Assembly (NCBI RefSeq): GCF_000015025.1
Contig: NC_008578.1
Location: 1,890,001 to 1,922,000, forward strand
DNA length: 32,000 bases
DNA from: Acidothermus cellulolyticus 11B
Lineage (GTDB): Bacteria; Actinomycetota; Actinomycetes; Acidothermales; Acidothermaceae
Direction of reading: 5' to 3'
A program made the translations under genes and the position numbers. The notes under the pieces were generated by a model, which saw only the letters and a program-made list of their open reading frames with translations, was not told where the DNA came from and made no database searches. Each line of letters begins with the position of its first letter. The first letter of the stretch is position 1. Shown piece by piece: positions 19,246 to 30,696 of the stretch.

Positions 19246-19940
19246 CCATGCCTGCGCTCCTGCTCACCGCCTTGCGAAGCGAAGCCGCCATCCTGCGGAC
19301 GGCGGGCCTGACTCCGCACGTCGTCGGTGTGCGGGCGCACCGCCTCGGTGGCGAGTCCGTCCTCCGGATGGTGACGACGGCGCCCGGCACGGTCTTGCTC
19401 GTCGGGTACGCCGGTGGATTGCTTCCAGCGCAGCACCCGGGTGACGTGGTCGTCGCCACCGACGTCCGCGACGAACGCGGCCACGTGATCGCCACCGCAC
19501 GTCCGGCGATGATCGCCGCGGCCCTCGCCGCCTTGCGGGACGCGGGCCTTGACGCGACCGCGGGCAGCTTGATCAGTGTCGGAAGGTTCGTACGCCGCAC
19601 CGCCGACCGGTACCGTCTCGCCGCAACCGGTGCGGTGGCCGTCGACATGGAGAGCGCGCCGGTTGCGCTGGCGGCACGGCACGCGTTGCTCGTCGTCCGG
19701 GTGCTGGTCGACACGCCGGCTGACGGGGTCGTGACGGCCGTTGCGGGTCACGCGTGGCGCCTGGGCCGGGTCTTGGCCCGCGCGGCACGTGCGGCGTATC
19801 ACGCCTGTGACTGCGCGGAATTACCGACGAGCGAAAACAGCGCGCCGTCCGGTAGCGTCGAGATGGCGACACCGACAAGCGACACTCGGCCGCCAGACGA
19901 CCGCCTGGCGGCGACGACGGATCGCGGGAAGGGTAACTGA
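19242..19940 (+). CDS. hpnG: Hopanoid-associated phosphorylase/nucleosidase HpnG (PNP/UDP family, adenosylhopane nucleosidase)
   Basis: The gene sits between shc and hpnH, and its ATG overlaps the shc stop codon (ATGA). It has a PNP_UDP-like pattern (LLVGYAGGL......GDVVVAT.V.......AVDMESA). About 45 aa of low-complexity C-terminal tail follow. Confidence 0.78.
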   Translation: MTMPALLLTALRSEAAILRTAGLTPHVVGVRAHRLGGESVLRMVTTAPGTVLLVGYAGGLLPAQHPGDVVVATDVRDERGHVIATARPAMIAAALAALRDAGLDATAGSLISVGRFVRRTADRYRLAATGAVAVDMESAPVALAARHALLVVRVLVDTPADGVVTAVAGHAWRLGRVLARAARAAYHACDCAELPTSENSAPSGSVEMATPTSDTRPPDDRLAATTDRGKGN

Positions 19941-19941
19941 G

Positions 19942-20946
19942 ATGGCAGTACCGCTGCGCCAGAGTCTCCGCATTGGAGCGTATCTGCTCAAGCAGAAAAT
20001 CCGGGGTCGCGACAAGTTCCCGCTCATCGTCGAACTTGAGCCGCTCTTTGCGTGCAATCTCAAGTGCGTCGGCTGCGGGAAGATTCAACATCCGCACACG
20101 ATTCTCAAGCAGCGCATGCCGGTGGAGCAGGCGATTGCCGCGATCGAAGAATGCGGCGCACCGATGGTCTCCATCGCCGGCGGCGAGCCGCTGATGCATC
20201 CGGAGATCGATGTCATCGTCCGGGAATTGGTCAAGCGGAAGAAATTCGTGTACCTCTGCACGAACGCGCTTCTGATGCGGAAGAAGCTCGACTTGTTCAA
20301 GCCGTCGCCGTACTTCTCGTGGGCGGTGCACATCGACGGTCTGGAAGAGCGGCATGACCACTCGGTCGCCAAGCAGGGTGTTTTCGCCGAGGCGGTAGCG
20401 GCGATCAAGGAAGCGCAGCGCCGAGGCTTCCGGGTCATGACGAACACCACATTCTTCAACACGGACACGCCGCAGACGGTCATCGAAGTGCTTGACTACC
20501 TGAACGACGAACTCAAGGTCGACCACATGATGATCTCCCCGGCGTACGCGTACGAGAAGGCGCCGGACCAGGAGCACTTCCTCGGCGTTCAAGAGACGCG
20601 GGAGCTGTTCCGCAAGGCGTTCGCTGACGGCCGGCGCAAGCGCTGGCGCTTGAACCACTCCCCGCTCTTCCTCGACTTCCTCGAGGGGAAGGTGGATTTC
20701 GAGTGCACGCCGTGGGGTATTCCCAGCTATTCGCTTTTCGGTTGGCAGCGGCCGTGCTACTTGATGAGCGACGGGTATGCCAAGACCTATCGGGAGCTCA
20801 TCGAGACGACGGACTGGTCGAAGTACGGCCGGGGCAAGGATCCGCGCTGTGCCAACTGCATGGCGCACTGCGGCTATGAACCGAGCGCTGTTTTGGCGAC
20901 AATGGGCTCACTCAAGGAGTCGCTGCGAGCCTTCCGCGGCGGGTGA
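19942..20946 (+). CDS. hpnH: Adenosylhopane synthase HpnH (radical SAM)
   Basis: It has the CxxxCxxC cluster motif in LEPLFACNLKCVGCGKI and the conserved tail CTPWG.PSYS.FGWQ.PCYL...GY..TY.EL...T.W..YG.G.D.RC.NCM.HCGYEPSAV. The ATG lies 2 nt after the hpnG stop codon. The listed ORF start at 19741 is an extension. Confidence 0.93.
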   Translation: MAVPLRQSLRIGAYLLKQKIRGRDKFPLIVELEPLFACNLKCVGCGKIQHPHTILKQRMPVEQAIAAIEECGAPMVSIAGGEPLMHPEIDVIVRELVKRKKFVYLCTNALLMRKKLDLFKPSPYFSWAVHIDGLEERHDHSVAKQGVFAEAVAAIKEAQRRGFRVMTNTTFFNTDTPQTVIEVLDYLNDELKVDHMMISPAYAYEKAPDQEHFLGVQETRELFRKAFADGRRKRWRLNHSPLFLDFLEGKVDFECTPWGIPSYSLFGWQRPCYLMSDGYAKTYRELIETTDWSKYGRGKDPRCANCMAHCGYEPSAVLATMGSLKESLRAFRGG

Positions 20947-21027
20947 GGCCTGCGCCGGTCAGGAGGCGGCCGACCGACCGGGGCTCCGCTGACGGCTCTC
21001 GCGGTCTGGGAGAGGAGTGCACACCCG

Positions 21028-22317
21028 ATGGCCGGTCGGCCGATGGTTCCACGGGACGCCGAGGTCCCTCCGCCGGATTTCCGTGCTGAGGGCATGACGG
21101 CGACGACGCGGCACACCGGCGTGACCGGTCCAGTCGACCCGTCCACCGACGCGGACGGTGGACATATTCCCGGCTGGCTGCGGACGGCCGGCGGCTGGTC
21201 GTGGCGGTTACTGGTAACCGGAATTGTCGGTTATTTCCTGCTGCGGTTCTTCATACGGATTGAAATCGTCGTCCTGCCGTTCCTCGCGGCGATGGTGATG
21301 ACTGCTCTGCTGCGTCCGCCGTGCCTGTGGTTGGAGCGCCGGGGTCTGCCTCGGCTCATTGCTACGTGGGTGACCTTCTTGCTCGCCTTCATCGTCGTGC
21401 TTGGCGTCGGTACTGCCGTCGTCTATCGGACGACCGCCGAGTGGCACACCTTGGTGAGCGACTTGTCAGCGACCTCGGATAAGGTACGCCACTGGCTTGC
21501 GACGGGTCCCTTGCACCTGAAGTCGACAAACCTCAAGGATTACCAGCAGCAATTCGTCGACGCACTGAAAACGCACCGCGGGTTGGTCATCAGTGAGGTC
21601 GTGAACGGTGCAAGCATCGCCGGTGAAGTGGCCGCCGGGATTGTGCTGACCGCGTTCATCACGTTCTTCCTTTTGTACGAAGGTGAGCGCATTTGGACGT
21701 TCTGCCTCATCCCGTTCCGGCCGCCGACGGCCCGCCGCGTTGACCTTGCGGCGCGGGCGGCATGGCGAACACTCGCCGGGTACATTCGCGGCAGCGTGCT
21801 CATCGCCTTGTTCCACGCGGTCGTCATCGCAATCTCGCTGCTCATTCTGCACGTGCCTCTTGTCGCGCCGCTCGCGCTCGTCGTCTTCATCACGAGTTTT
21901 CTCCCACTGATAGGAGTGCTCATCGGCGGCGGGCTGTCGGTCTTTGTCACGCTGGGAACGCAGGGTCTTACCGCCGGCATCATTCTGCTCATCATTCTCG
22001 TCGTCGAACACCAGCTCGAAGGACACTTCCTGCAGCCGTTCATCATGAGCCGGGCTGTTCGATTGCATCCGCTCGCGGTAGCACTCGCTCTTGCCGCCGG
22101 CGGCGTTCTCGGTGGGATCATTGGAGCGATTCTCGCGGTTCCTGTTCTCGCCATGCTGAAATCAGCCTGGCCGCACTTGTGGGCGCCCGGCTTGGAATTG
22201 CCCCCGACCGTTGCGGCCGAGGATTTCAGTGCGGCAACGCCGCGGGTGAAGCACGCCCACGTTGCTGATGAGGCGGCGGACGACGACACACCGGTCGGCG
22301 CAGGCGCAGAAGAGTGA
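21028..22317 (+). CDS. AI-2E family transporter (PerM/UPF0118-type permease)
   Basis: It has multiple predicted TM helices and family-typical motifs (P.LAA.V....L.P....L.RRG.PR..A..........V ... FIPLIG...GG....V.L. ... .QQ.EG..L.P.IM...V.LHPL.V.LA...G). The start codon is uncertain (21028 or the ATG at 21094). Confidence 0.82.
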   Translation: MAGRPMVPRDAEVPPPDFRAEGMTATTRHTGVTGPVDPSTDADGGHIPGWLRTAGGWSWRLLVTGIVGYFLLRFFIRIEIVVLPFLAAMVMTALLRPPCLWLERRGLPRLIATWVTFLLAFIVVLGVGTAVVYRTTAEWHTLVSDLSATSDKVRHWLATGPLHLKSTNLKDYQQQFVDALKTHRGLVISEVVNGASIAGEVAAGIVLTAFITFFLLYEGERIWTFCLIPFRPPTARRVDLAARAAWRTLAGYIRGSVLIALFHAVVIAISLLILHVPLVAPLALVVFITSFLPLIGVLIGGGLSVFVTLGTQGLTAGIILLIILVVEHQLEGHFLQPFIMSRAVRLHPLAVALALAAGGVLGGIIGAILAVPVLAMLKSAWPHLWAPGLELPPTVAAEDFSAATPRVKHAHVADEAADDDTPVGAGAEE

Positions 22318-22320
22318 GCC

Positions 22321-22550
22321 GGTGCAGCGATAGCTCACCGCGGTGTCGGCACGATTGGTGCTCGCGCGCGTGTCCGCGGCTTGGTGCGATAGGCGCTTCG
22401 TGGCTCGGTGCGATCAGCGCGCCGCCGCTTGACCGCGGATGGACACGTCCCGAATTGGTCCGATAAGCGCGGCTCGCGGCTCTGCCCCGACGTGCACGTC
22501 CCGGATTGCTCCTGGATTGCGAGCAAGAAACCTGGATAGCGAGCAAGAAA
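22321..22550. repeat. Patchwork of degenerate direct repeats in a convergent intergenic region
   Basis: There are 16-mers TTGGTGCGATAGGCGC (22381), TCGGTGCGATCAGCGC (22405) and TTGGTCCGATAAGCGC (22455), plus weaker relatives at 22321 and 22355. CACGTCCCG(A/G)ATTG occurs at 22444 and 22495. A 20-bp tandem CCTGGAT(T/A)GCGAGCAAGAAA x2 lies at 22511-22550. Confidence 0.8.
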
Positions 22551-22560
22551 ATTGAGCGGA

Positions 22561-22610
22561 CAAAAAGGGGCCGCTCGGGACGGGGTAGGCGGCCGTTCCC
22601 GAGCGGCCCG
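22561..22610 (-). terminator. Rho-independent terminator of the cellulase gene
   Basis: A perfect 13-bp inverted repeat GGGCCGCTCGGGA (22568-22580) / TCCCGAGCGGCCC (22597-22609) is followed on the minus strand by TTTTT (plus-strand AAAAA at 22562-22566). It lies ~50-90 nt downstream of the stop codon at 22657. Confidence 0.85.
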
Positions 22611-22656
22611 GCCTGTGGGGTTTCTGGCGGAGCTGGTCCCGCTGCCTCCTGGTGGG

Positions 22657-26208
<3,552 letters not shown>

Positions 26209-26483
26209 TCAAGAGGTCACGGTCGCGACGTGTCGCAATCTGCCCGACGCGACCGTACGCCGCCCGACGACAAGCGATGAGAGGTTCGCATGTCGTTGTT
26301 GGTCACGTTCCCACACCCCCGGGCCCGGACGCAGCGGCGACCCTCGCCGCAGCCGCCGATGGGCCCATACCACCTCTGCGCCCGGACGCAGCGGCCGACG
26401 CCGACCCGGTGCCCGTGTCGCGGCTTCGTCGCGCCCTGCCGGCCGACTAGGCTGACACCACCGCTCGAAAGCAGGAGTACCGT

Positions 26484-27554
26484 GTGCGCGCTGGTTATCT
26501 GATCGATCGTCCCGCCCACGCCCTGGTCATCGCCGGTCTCATCGCGACGCTCCTCGCAGGCTGTTCGACAGACAGACCGTCCGCACCTGCGGGACCGCAA
26601 CACCGCGAAACTCCGACGACGACCACGGCGGCGGCCTCCTCACTGTCCGCCTCGCCACCGAACGCTGACGATCCCCTGACCGGCCGGCCCGCAGCTGATC
26701 CCGCAGCAGCCAACCGTCCTGCACTGGCAATCAAGGTCGACAACGTCGCGGGTGCGTGGCCGCAAGCCGGTTTGAACAGCGCGGACATTGTCTTCGACAT
26801 TCCGGTCGAAGGCGGCCTGACCCGATTGCTCGCGGTTTTTCATTCACAACTGCCGGATCTGGTCGGTCCGATCCGGTCAGCGCGACCGGTGGACGCCGAC
26901 CTGCTCCCGCTCTTCGGTCGTACGTACTTCGCGTTCTCCGGTGGAACCGCAAGCGATCTGGACCCGATACGAGACCACGGCAATGCCGTCCCGATGTGGT
27001 GGGACACCACGCCGTCGCTGTTCATCGTGCGCCGCGACCACGCCGTGCCGCACCAGGTTTTTGCTTCTCCCGACACGCTGTACGCCGCGGGCCGGCAACG
27101 CGATCCCTCCGCCGGACCGCCGCGGCAAATTTTCCCTTACTCACCAACGCCGCCGAACGGCCGGCCGGTGAGTCATATCGTTGCGCGATATGCCGCGGCC
27201 ACCGCCGAGTGGAGCTGGAACGGCAGTCAATACTTGCGTACGCAAGACGGCCGGCCGGACATGTTGCTGGACGGGCGGCAGGTGGGCAGTGACAACGTTG
27301 TCATCCTCGGAGTGACGGTCAAAGCGACGACGGCACGCGACTCGCACGGAAGCGTGGTTCCGCTTCCCGTCGTCATTGGCAGCGGCACAGCGTGGATTTT
27401 CCGCAATGGCATGGAAATTACCGGCACATGGAGTCGGCCGACCCTGACCGCGCCGCTCCGTTTACGTGACGCATCGGGCACGGCGATTGCTCTTGCGCCC
27501 GGGCGCACCTGGGTGGAGTTGTTGCCGACACCGCGGGAGCCGGTGACCAGCTAG
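26484..27554 (+). CDS. DUF3048-family lipoprotein (YerB-like)
   Basis: The N-terminal lipobox LLAGCS follows a hydrophobic segment. The core reads PALAIKVDNV..A.PQ.GL..AD.V....VEGG.TR..A.F.S........GP.RSAR..D. The GTG at 26484 is preceded by AGGAG. Confidence 0.82.
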   Translation: MRAGYLIDRPAHALVIAGLIATLLAGCSTDRPSAPAGPQHRETPTTTTAAASSLSASPPNADDPLTGRPAADPAAANRPALAIKVDNVAGAWPQAGLNSADIVFDIPVEGGLTRLLAVFHSQLPDLVGPIRSARPVDADLLPLFGRTYFAFSGGTASDLDPIRDHGNAVPMWWDTTPSLFIVRRDHAVPHQVFASPDTLYAAGRQRDPSAGPPRQIFPYSPTPPNGRPVSHIVARYAAATAEWSWNGSQYLRTQDGRPDMLLDGRQVGSDNVVILGVTVKATTARDSHGSVVPLPVVIGSGTAWIFRNGMEITGTWSRPTLTAPLRLRDASGTAIALAPGRTWVELLPTPREPVTS

Positions 27555-27650
27555 CCGGTGACCAGCCAACAATGACATGCCCGCCGATGCGCGGTGAACC
27601 GGCTCTGCATACCCGCCGATGCGCGGGAGGCAAGCGCCTGCCCTACTCGG

Positions 27651-27926
27651 TCAGTCGCGGAGCACGTTGTCGTAGATTTCCTTGCATTCCGGGCAGACCG
27701 GGAAGCGGCTGGGATCCCGTGACGGCACCCAAATCTTGCCGCAGAGAGCGCGGATCGGTGTCCCGTTGACGGTCGCCTCGAGAATGTCGTCCTTGCGGGC
27801 GTAATGCGCGAACCGCTCGTGATCGCCGTCCTCGTACGCCGCACGCGTCGACGGCTGCGTCGCGGTACGCTCCAACGTCATCAGACCGCTGTCGGGGTCG
27901 AGACCTGTTCCGCTCATGAGTTTCAT
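27651..27926 (-). CDS. DUF3039-family protein (small conserved actinobacterial Cys-containing protein)
   Basis: DHERFAHYARKDDILEATVNGTPIRALCGKIWVPSRDPSRFPVCPECKEIY matches my recollection of DUF3039. I chose the ATG at 27926 (an alternative is 27917). The listed ORF start at 28169 runs through the upstream gene. Confidence 0.8.
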   Translation of the reverse strand: MKLMSGTGLDPDSGLMTLERTATQPSTRAAYEDGDHERFAHYARKDDILEATVNGTPIRALCGKIWVPSRDPSRFPVCPECKEIYDNVLRD

Positions 27927-27945
27927 GCTAGCGACGTGACGCCGA

Positions 27946-28500
27946 CTAATTCCGGGTCGGATCCGCCGGCATGGTGGCGAGCAAGGCAAGCTCGCCGCCT
28001 TGGCGCCGCAACACCCGCGACCAGAGGGTCTGCGGCTCGGGGCTGAATGCGTCATCGGGCTCCGCCCGACACACCAGCCAACCACCCAGCCGGAGTTCGG
28101 TTTCCAGCTGACCCGGCGCCCAGCCCGCGTAACCAGCGAAGAGCCGCAATCCGTCCAGCGCGTCCGCAATCATGTCAGGTTCGGCCTCTGGATCGACGGC
28201 ACCAAACGGCCCGACCAAGGGAATCCAGCCGGCCGCCGGCACCCCGGCGCGTACCCGGCCGAGACAGACCACAGCCTCCGGAGTAACCGGGCCGCCCAGG
28301 TGCACGACGCCCGGTGCACTCACGATGTCCGCCCATTGCGGGACCGCTTCCCGGGCGGGTACCGAGCTGGGACGATTCAGGACGACGCCGAACGCACCAT
28401 CCTCATCGTGGTCGAGAAGCAGGACCACCGTCCGCGCGAAATTCGGATCCTCCAACGTCGGCGCTGCAACGAGAAGCCGGCCTGCCAAGGAGGTCTCCAT
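27946..28500 (-). CDS. YqgE/AlgH-family protein (UPF0301)
   Basis: METSLAGRLLVAAPTLEDPNFARTVVLLLDHDEDGAFGVVLNRPS...GGPV........L........AGYAGW..GQLE.EL..G.W aligns with the YqgE N-terminus, and that alignment is the basis for choosing the ATG at 28500. Confidence 0.88.
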   Translation of the reverse strand: METSLAGRLLVAAPTLEDPNFARTVVLLLDHDEDGAFGVVLNRPSSVPAREAVPQWADIVSAPGVVHLGGPVTPEAVVCLGRVRAGVPAAGWIPLVGPFGAVDPEAEPDMIADALDGLRLFAGYAGWAPGQLETELRLGGWLVCRAEPDDAFSPEPQTLWSRVLRRQGGELALLATMPADPTRN

Positions 28501-28614
28501 GTCTTCATCATGCCGAGAAAGAAGCCATGAGTGTGAACACTCTCCGCGCACGGACGCGAGGCGGGTAGGCATTTCAAGGAGATCGTCCGCCCGCAATCCG
28601 CGAGCCGACGCGCG

Positions 28615-29433
28615 CTATCCGCGCAGTGACGCGAGCCGTTCGGCGCGCAATGCCTCAATCTCCGGTTGCGGCCAGGGCGGCAGCGGCGTACCGACCGCCA
28701 TGCTCAGCAGCAGGTCGGCGAGGTCCGGATTGCGCGCCAGTCCCGGCCCGTGCAGATACGTTCCGATGATCCGGCCCTGGACCGCGCCTTCCGCCGGCTT
28801 TCCGGCGAACAGCGTCCCGTTCCCGACGCCATGCCGCACCTGCCCAAGCGGCCGAGCACCGGCGCCGATCACGGTCGCCCCGGCGTGGTTCTCGTAACCG
28901 GTCAGGAACGTTTGGAGCGGCGTAGCGTCGGTCGGTTCAGCAAGCAGCTCACCGACCGCGCGGCGGGTCAACCGGGACGTCGTCACGTCCAGCAATCCAA
29001 GGCCGCTCTCGATCTCCCCGCCGGCGCCGGGGAATGCGTGGCCGAGCAGCTGATACCCCGCGCAGACCCCGAAGATCACCGCTCCACGGTCAGCGGCGCG
29101 CGCCAGGCCGCCGTCCGCGCGGAGCAGTCGAGCAGCCGCGACCTGGGCGTCGTCCTCGCCGCCGCCGAGGAGGTAAATGTCGCCGTCAACCGGGAGCGGC
29201 GTTCCGGGATCGATGACGAGCACCTCGGCGGCGATGCCCCGAGCCTGCGCGCGCACCGCGAGAATCCGGGCGTTTCCGCCGTCGCCGTAGGTGCCAAGCA
29301 GGGTCGGAAAAATCGACACAATGCGCAGCGGATCTCGGGGCAGCGGGTCTTGAGATTGCGGGTCTCGAGATTGCGGGTCTCGGGGGTGCACGCGACCAGC
29401 GTCTTCTGGTCTCAGCCGGTCAGCCGCGGACAT
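28615..29433 (-). CDS. gatD: Lipid II isoglutaminyl synthase, glutaminase subunit GatD (class-I glutamine amidotransferase, CobQ-like)
   Basis: LRIVSIFPTLLGTYGDGGNA.IL..RA..RGI.AEV......PLP...DIYLLGGGED..Q........L...A..GAVIFGVCAGYQLLG..F......I.GLGLLDV.T........GE........L.GYENH.G.T is the GatD pattern, with catalytic Cys in GVCAGYQ. It lies downstream of murT, overlapping it by 14 nt. The N-terminus carries a pentapeptide repeat. Confidence 0.88.
   Translation of the reverse strand: MSAADRLRPEDAGRVHPRDPQSRDPQSQDPLPRDPLRIVSIFPTLLGTYGDGGNARILAVRAQARGIAAEVLVIDPGTPLPVDGDIYLLGGGEDDAQVAAARLLRADGGLARAADRGAVIFGVCAGYQLLGHAFPGAGGEIESGLGLLDVTTSRLTRRAVGELLAEPTDATPLQTFLTGYENHAGATVIGAGARPLGQVRHGVGNGTLFAGKPAEGAVQGRIIGTYLHGPGLARNPDLADLLLSMAVGTPLPPWPQPEIEALRAERLASLRG
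29328..29387 (-). repeat. 4 x 15-nt tandem repeat inside the gatD 5' region (encodes HPRDP-QSRDP-QSQDP-LPRDP)
   Basis: On the plus strand the units are GCGGATCTCGGGGCA, GCGGGTCTTGAGATT, GCGGGTCTCGAGATT and GCGGGTCTCGGGGGT, in consecutive in-frame 15-mers. Confidence 0.85.
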
Positions 29434-30685
29434 CGGTGTCTCCGCCGGTGCGCCGAAGCCAATCCCGGAACGCGGTGTAGGTCGCGACGACATCGAGCGG
29501 CGGTGCGTCGTCCAGCCCGGCAGTGCCGATCTCGGGCGGCCAGGCCTCGCCCGGATTCTCCACCGTGGTGTGCGAAACACCCGCGTAGAGCAATCGGACG
29601 GCGAGGTCGTACCGCCGTTCTCCGGTCGCGACAACGAATCGGCCGGCGAGCCGTTCAAACGGGACGTCCCACAACCAGGATGGATCGCGACCGTCGGCCG
29701 CCCGCGCATTTATCGCAATGACCACCGGAGCCGGCGGAGGTGCGAGCACATCGAAGATTTCCGTCCAGCCCGCTGGATTCTTGCCGAGCAGCAGACGGAT
29801 CCGGCGGCCGGCGTACTCGCGCACTTCGTAGCGGCCGCCCACGGATGCCACGCTCGCAAACGCCGCGACCGCTTGGGCTGGCGGAATGCCGGCAAGATCG
29901 GCGGCTGCCGCAGCCACCGCAGCATTCGCCCGATTCGCCCGTCCGGGCAGTGCAAGCGTCAATGGCAACCGAAGATCGCCGTGGAGAAGATGATCGCCGT
30001 CCAGCGACCAGGTGGGCTCGGGGCGCCGCAGTCCGCACGAGCACGACCACACGTCGTCCGCCCACTGCAGCACCGCACCGCATCCGGGACAGACGGCGGC
30101 ATCGGCTCGCCACGGCTGCCCAACGGCAACCCAGGTAACCGTTGGGACAACGGAGGCGGCCCAGACGACGTGCGGATCGTCGGCATTTGCCACGACGGTC
30201 AGCTCGGGATGCGCGGCGAAGGCTTTCCGCCAGCGCCGCGCCACCATCGCGACCTCACCGACGCGATCGAGCTGGTCGCGGGTGAGATTGCCGAGAACGA
30301 GGGTGGTACGCCGCGGTGCCTGGTCGAGCAGGGTGGGCAGGTAGGTTTCGTCTGCCTCGAACACCGCTGGTGTGCTCGCGTCGGGGGCGGTGAGGAGCGC
30401 GGCGATCAGCCCGGGTGGCATGTTCGCGCCGGACAGATTGGTCACCACCGGGCCGGCCGTCCGGAGGGCGGCGGCGAGCAGTCGGGTCGTGGTTGTCTTG
30501 CCGTTGGTCGCAGAAACGAAGGTCACCGGACGGACCGCTGTGAGCTGCCGAAACGCGTCCGGGCAGGCGGCGAGTGCCACCCGCCCGCTGATGACCATGC
30601 CGTCGCCCCGCCGCAGCGCGCGCGAGAGCACCCCAGCGAGCCGGCCCAACCGGACGGCGGTACGAAGCCGGAGTGCGGCGCTCAT
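29420..30685 (-). CDS. murT: Lipid II isoglutaminyl synthase, ligase subunit MurT (Mur-ligase family with C-terminal DUF1727)
   Basis: Its features are the Mur-ligase P-loop region VSATNGKTTTTRLLAAAL, the Cys-rich motif CPGCGAVLQWADDVWSCSCGLRRP typical of MurT, and the C-terminal DGRDPSWLWDVPFE (DUF1727). Confidence 0.92.
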   Translation of the reverse strand: MSAALRLRTAVRLGRLAGVLSRALRRGDGMVISGRVALAACPDAFRQLTAVRPVTFVSATNGKTTTTRLLAAALRTAGPVVTNLSGANMPPGLIAALLTAPDASTPAVFEADETYLPTLLDQAPRRTTLVLGNLTRDQLDRVGEVAMVARRWRKAFAAHPELTVVANADDPHVVWAASVVPTVTWVAVGQPWRADAAVCPGCGAVLQWADDVWSCSCGLRRPEPTWSLDGDHLLHGDLRLPLTLALPGRANRANAAVAAAAADLAGIPPAQAVAAFASVASVGGRYEVREYAGRRIRLLLGKNPAGWTEIFDVLAPPPAPVVIAINARAADGRDPSWLWDVPFERLAGRFVVATGERRYDLAVRLLYAGVSHTTVENPGEAWPPEIGTAGLDDAPPLDVVATYTAFRDWLRRTGGDTDVRG

Positions 30686-30696
30686 GGACCTCCGGT

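Noticed and set aside
17755-20868. Long minus-strand ORFs (17755..18936 and 19573..20868) opposite shc, hpnG and hpnH
   Set aside because: These are Arg-rich antisense shadows. The plus-strand genes carry the DxDD/QW and radical-SAM motifs.
22321-22550. Possible CRISPR array in the transporter/cellulase intergenic region
   Set aside because: The repeats are short (14-20 bp), degenerate, irregularly spaced and partly tandem, with no uniform spacers. No cas genes are nearby. I kept it only as an unexplained repeat patchwork.
26219-26256. 9-bp inverted repeat ACGGTCGCG ... CGCGACCGT with a 20-nt loop, upstream of the cellulase
   Set aside because: The stem is short, GC-rich and has a long loop. 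Such pairs are expected by chance in this composition, and there is no supporting context.
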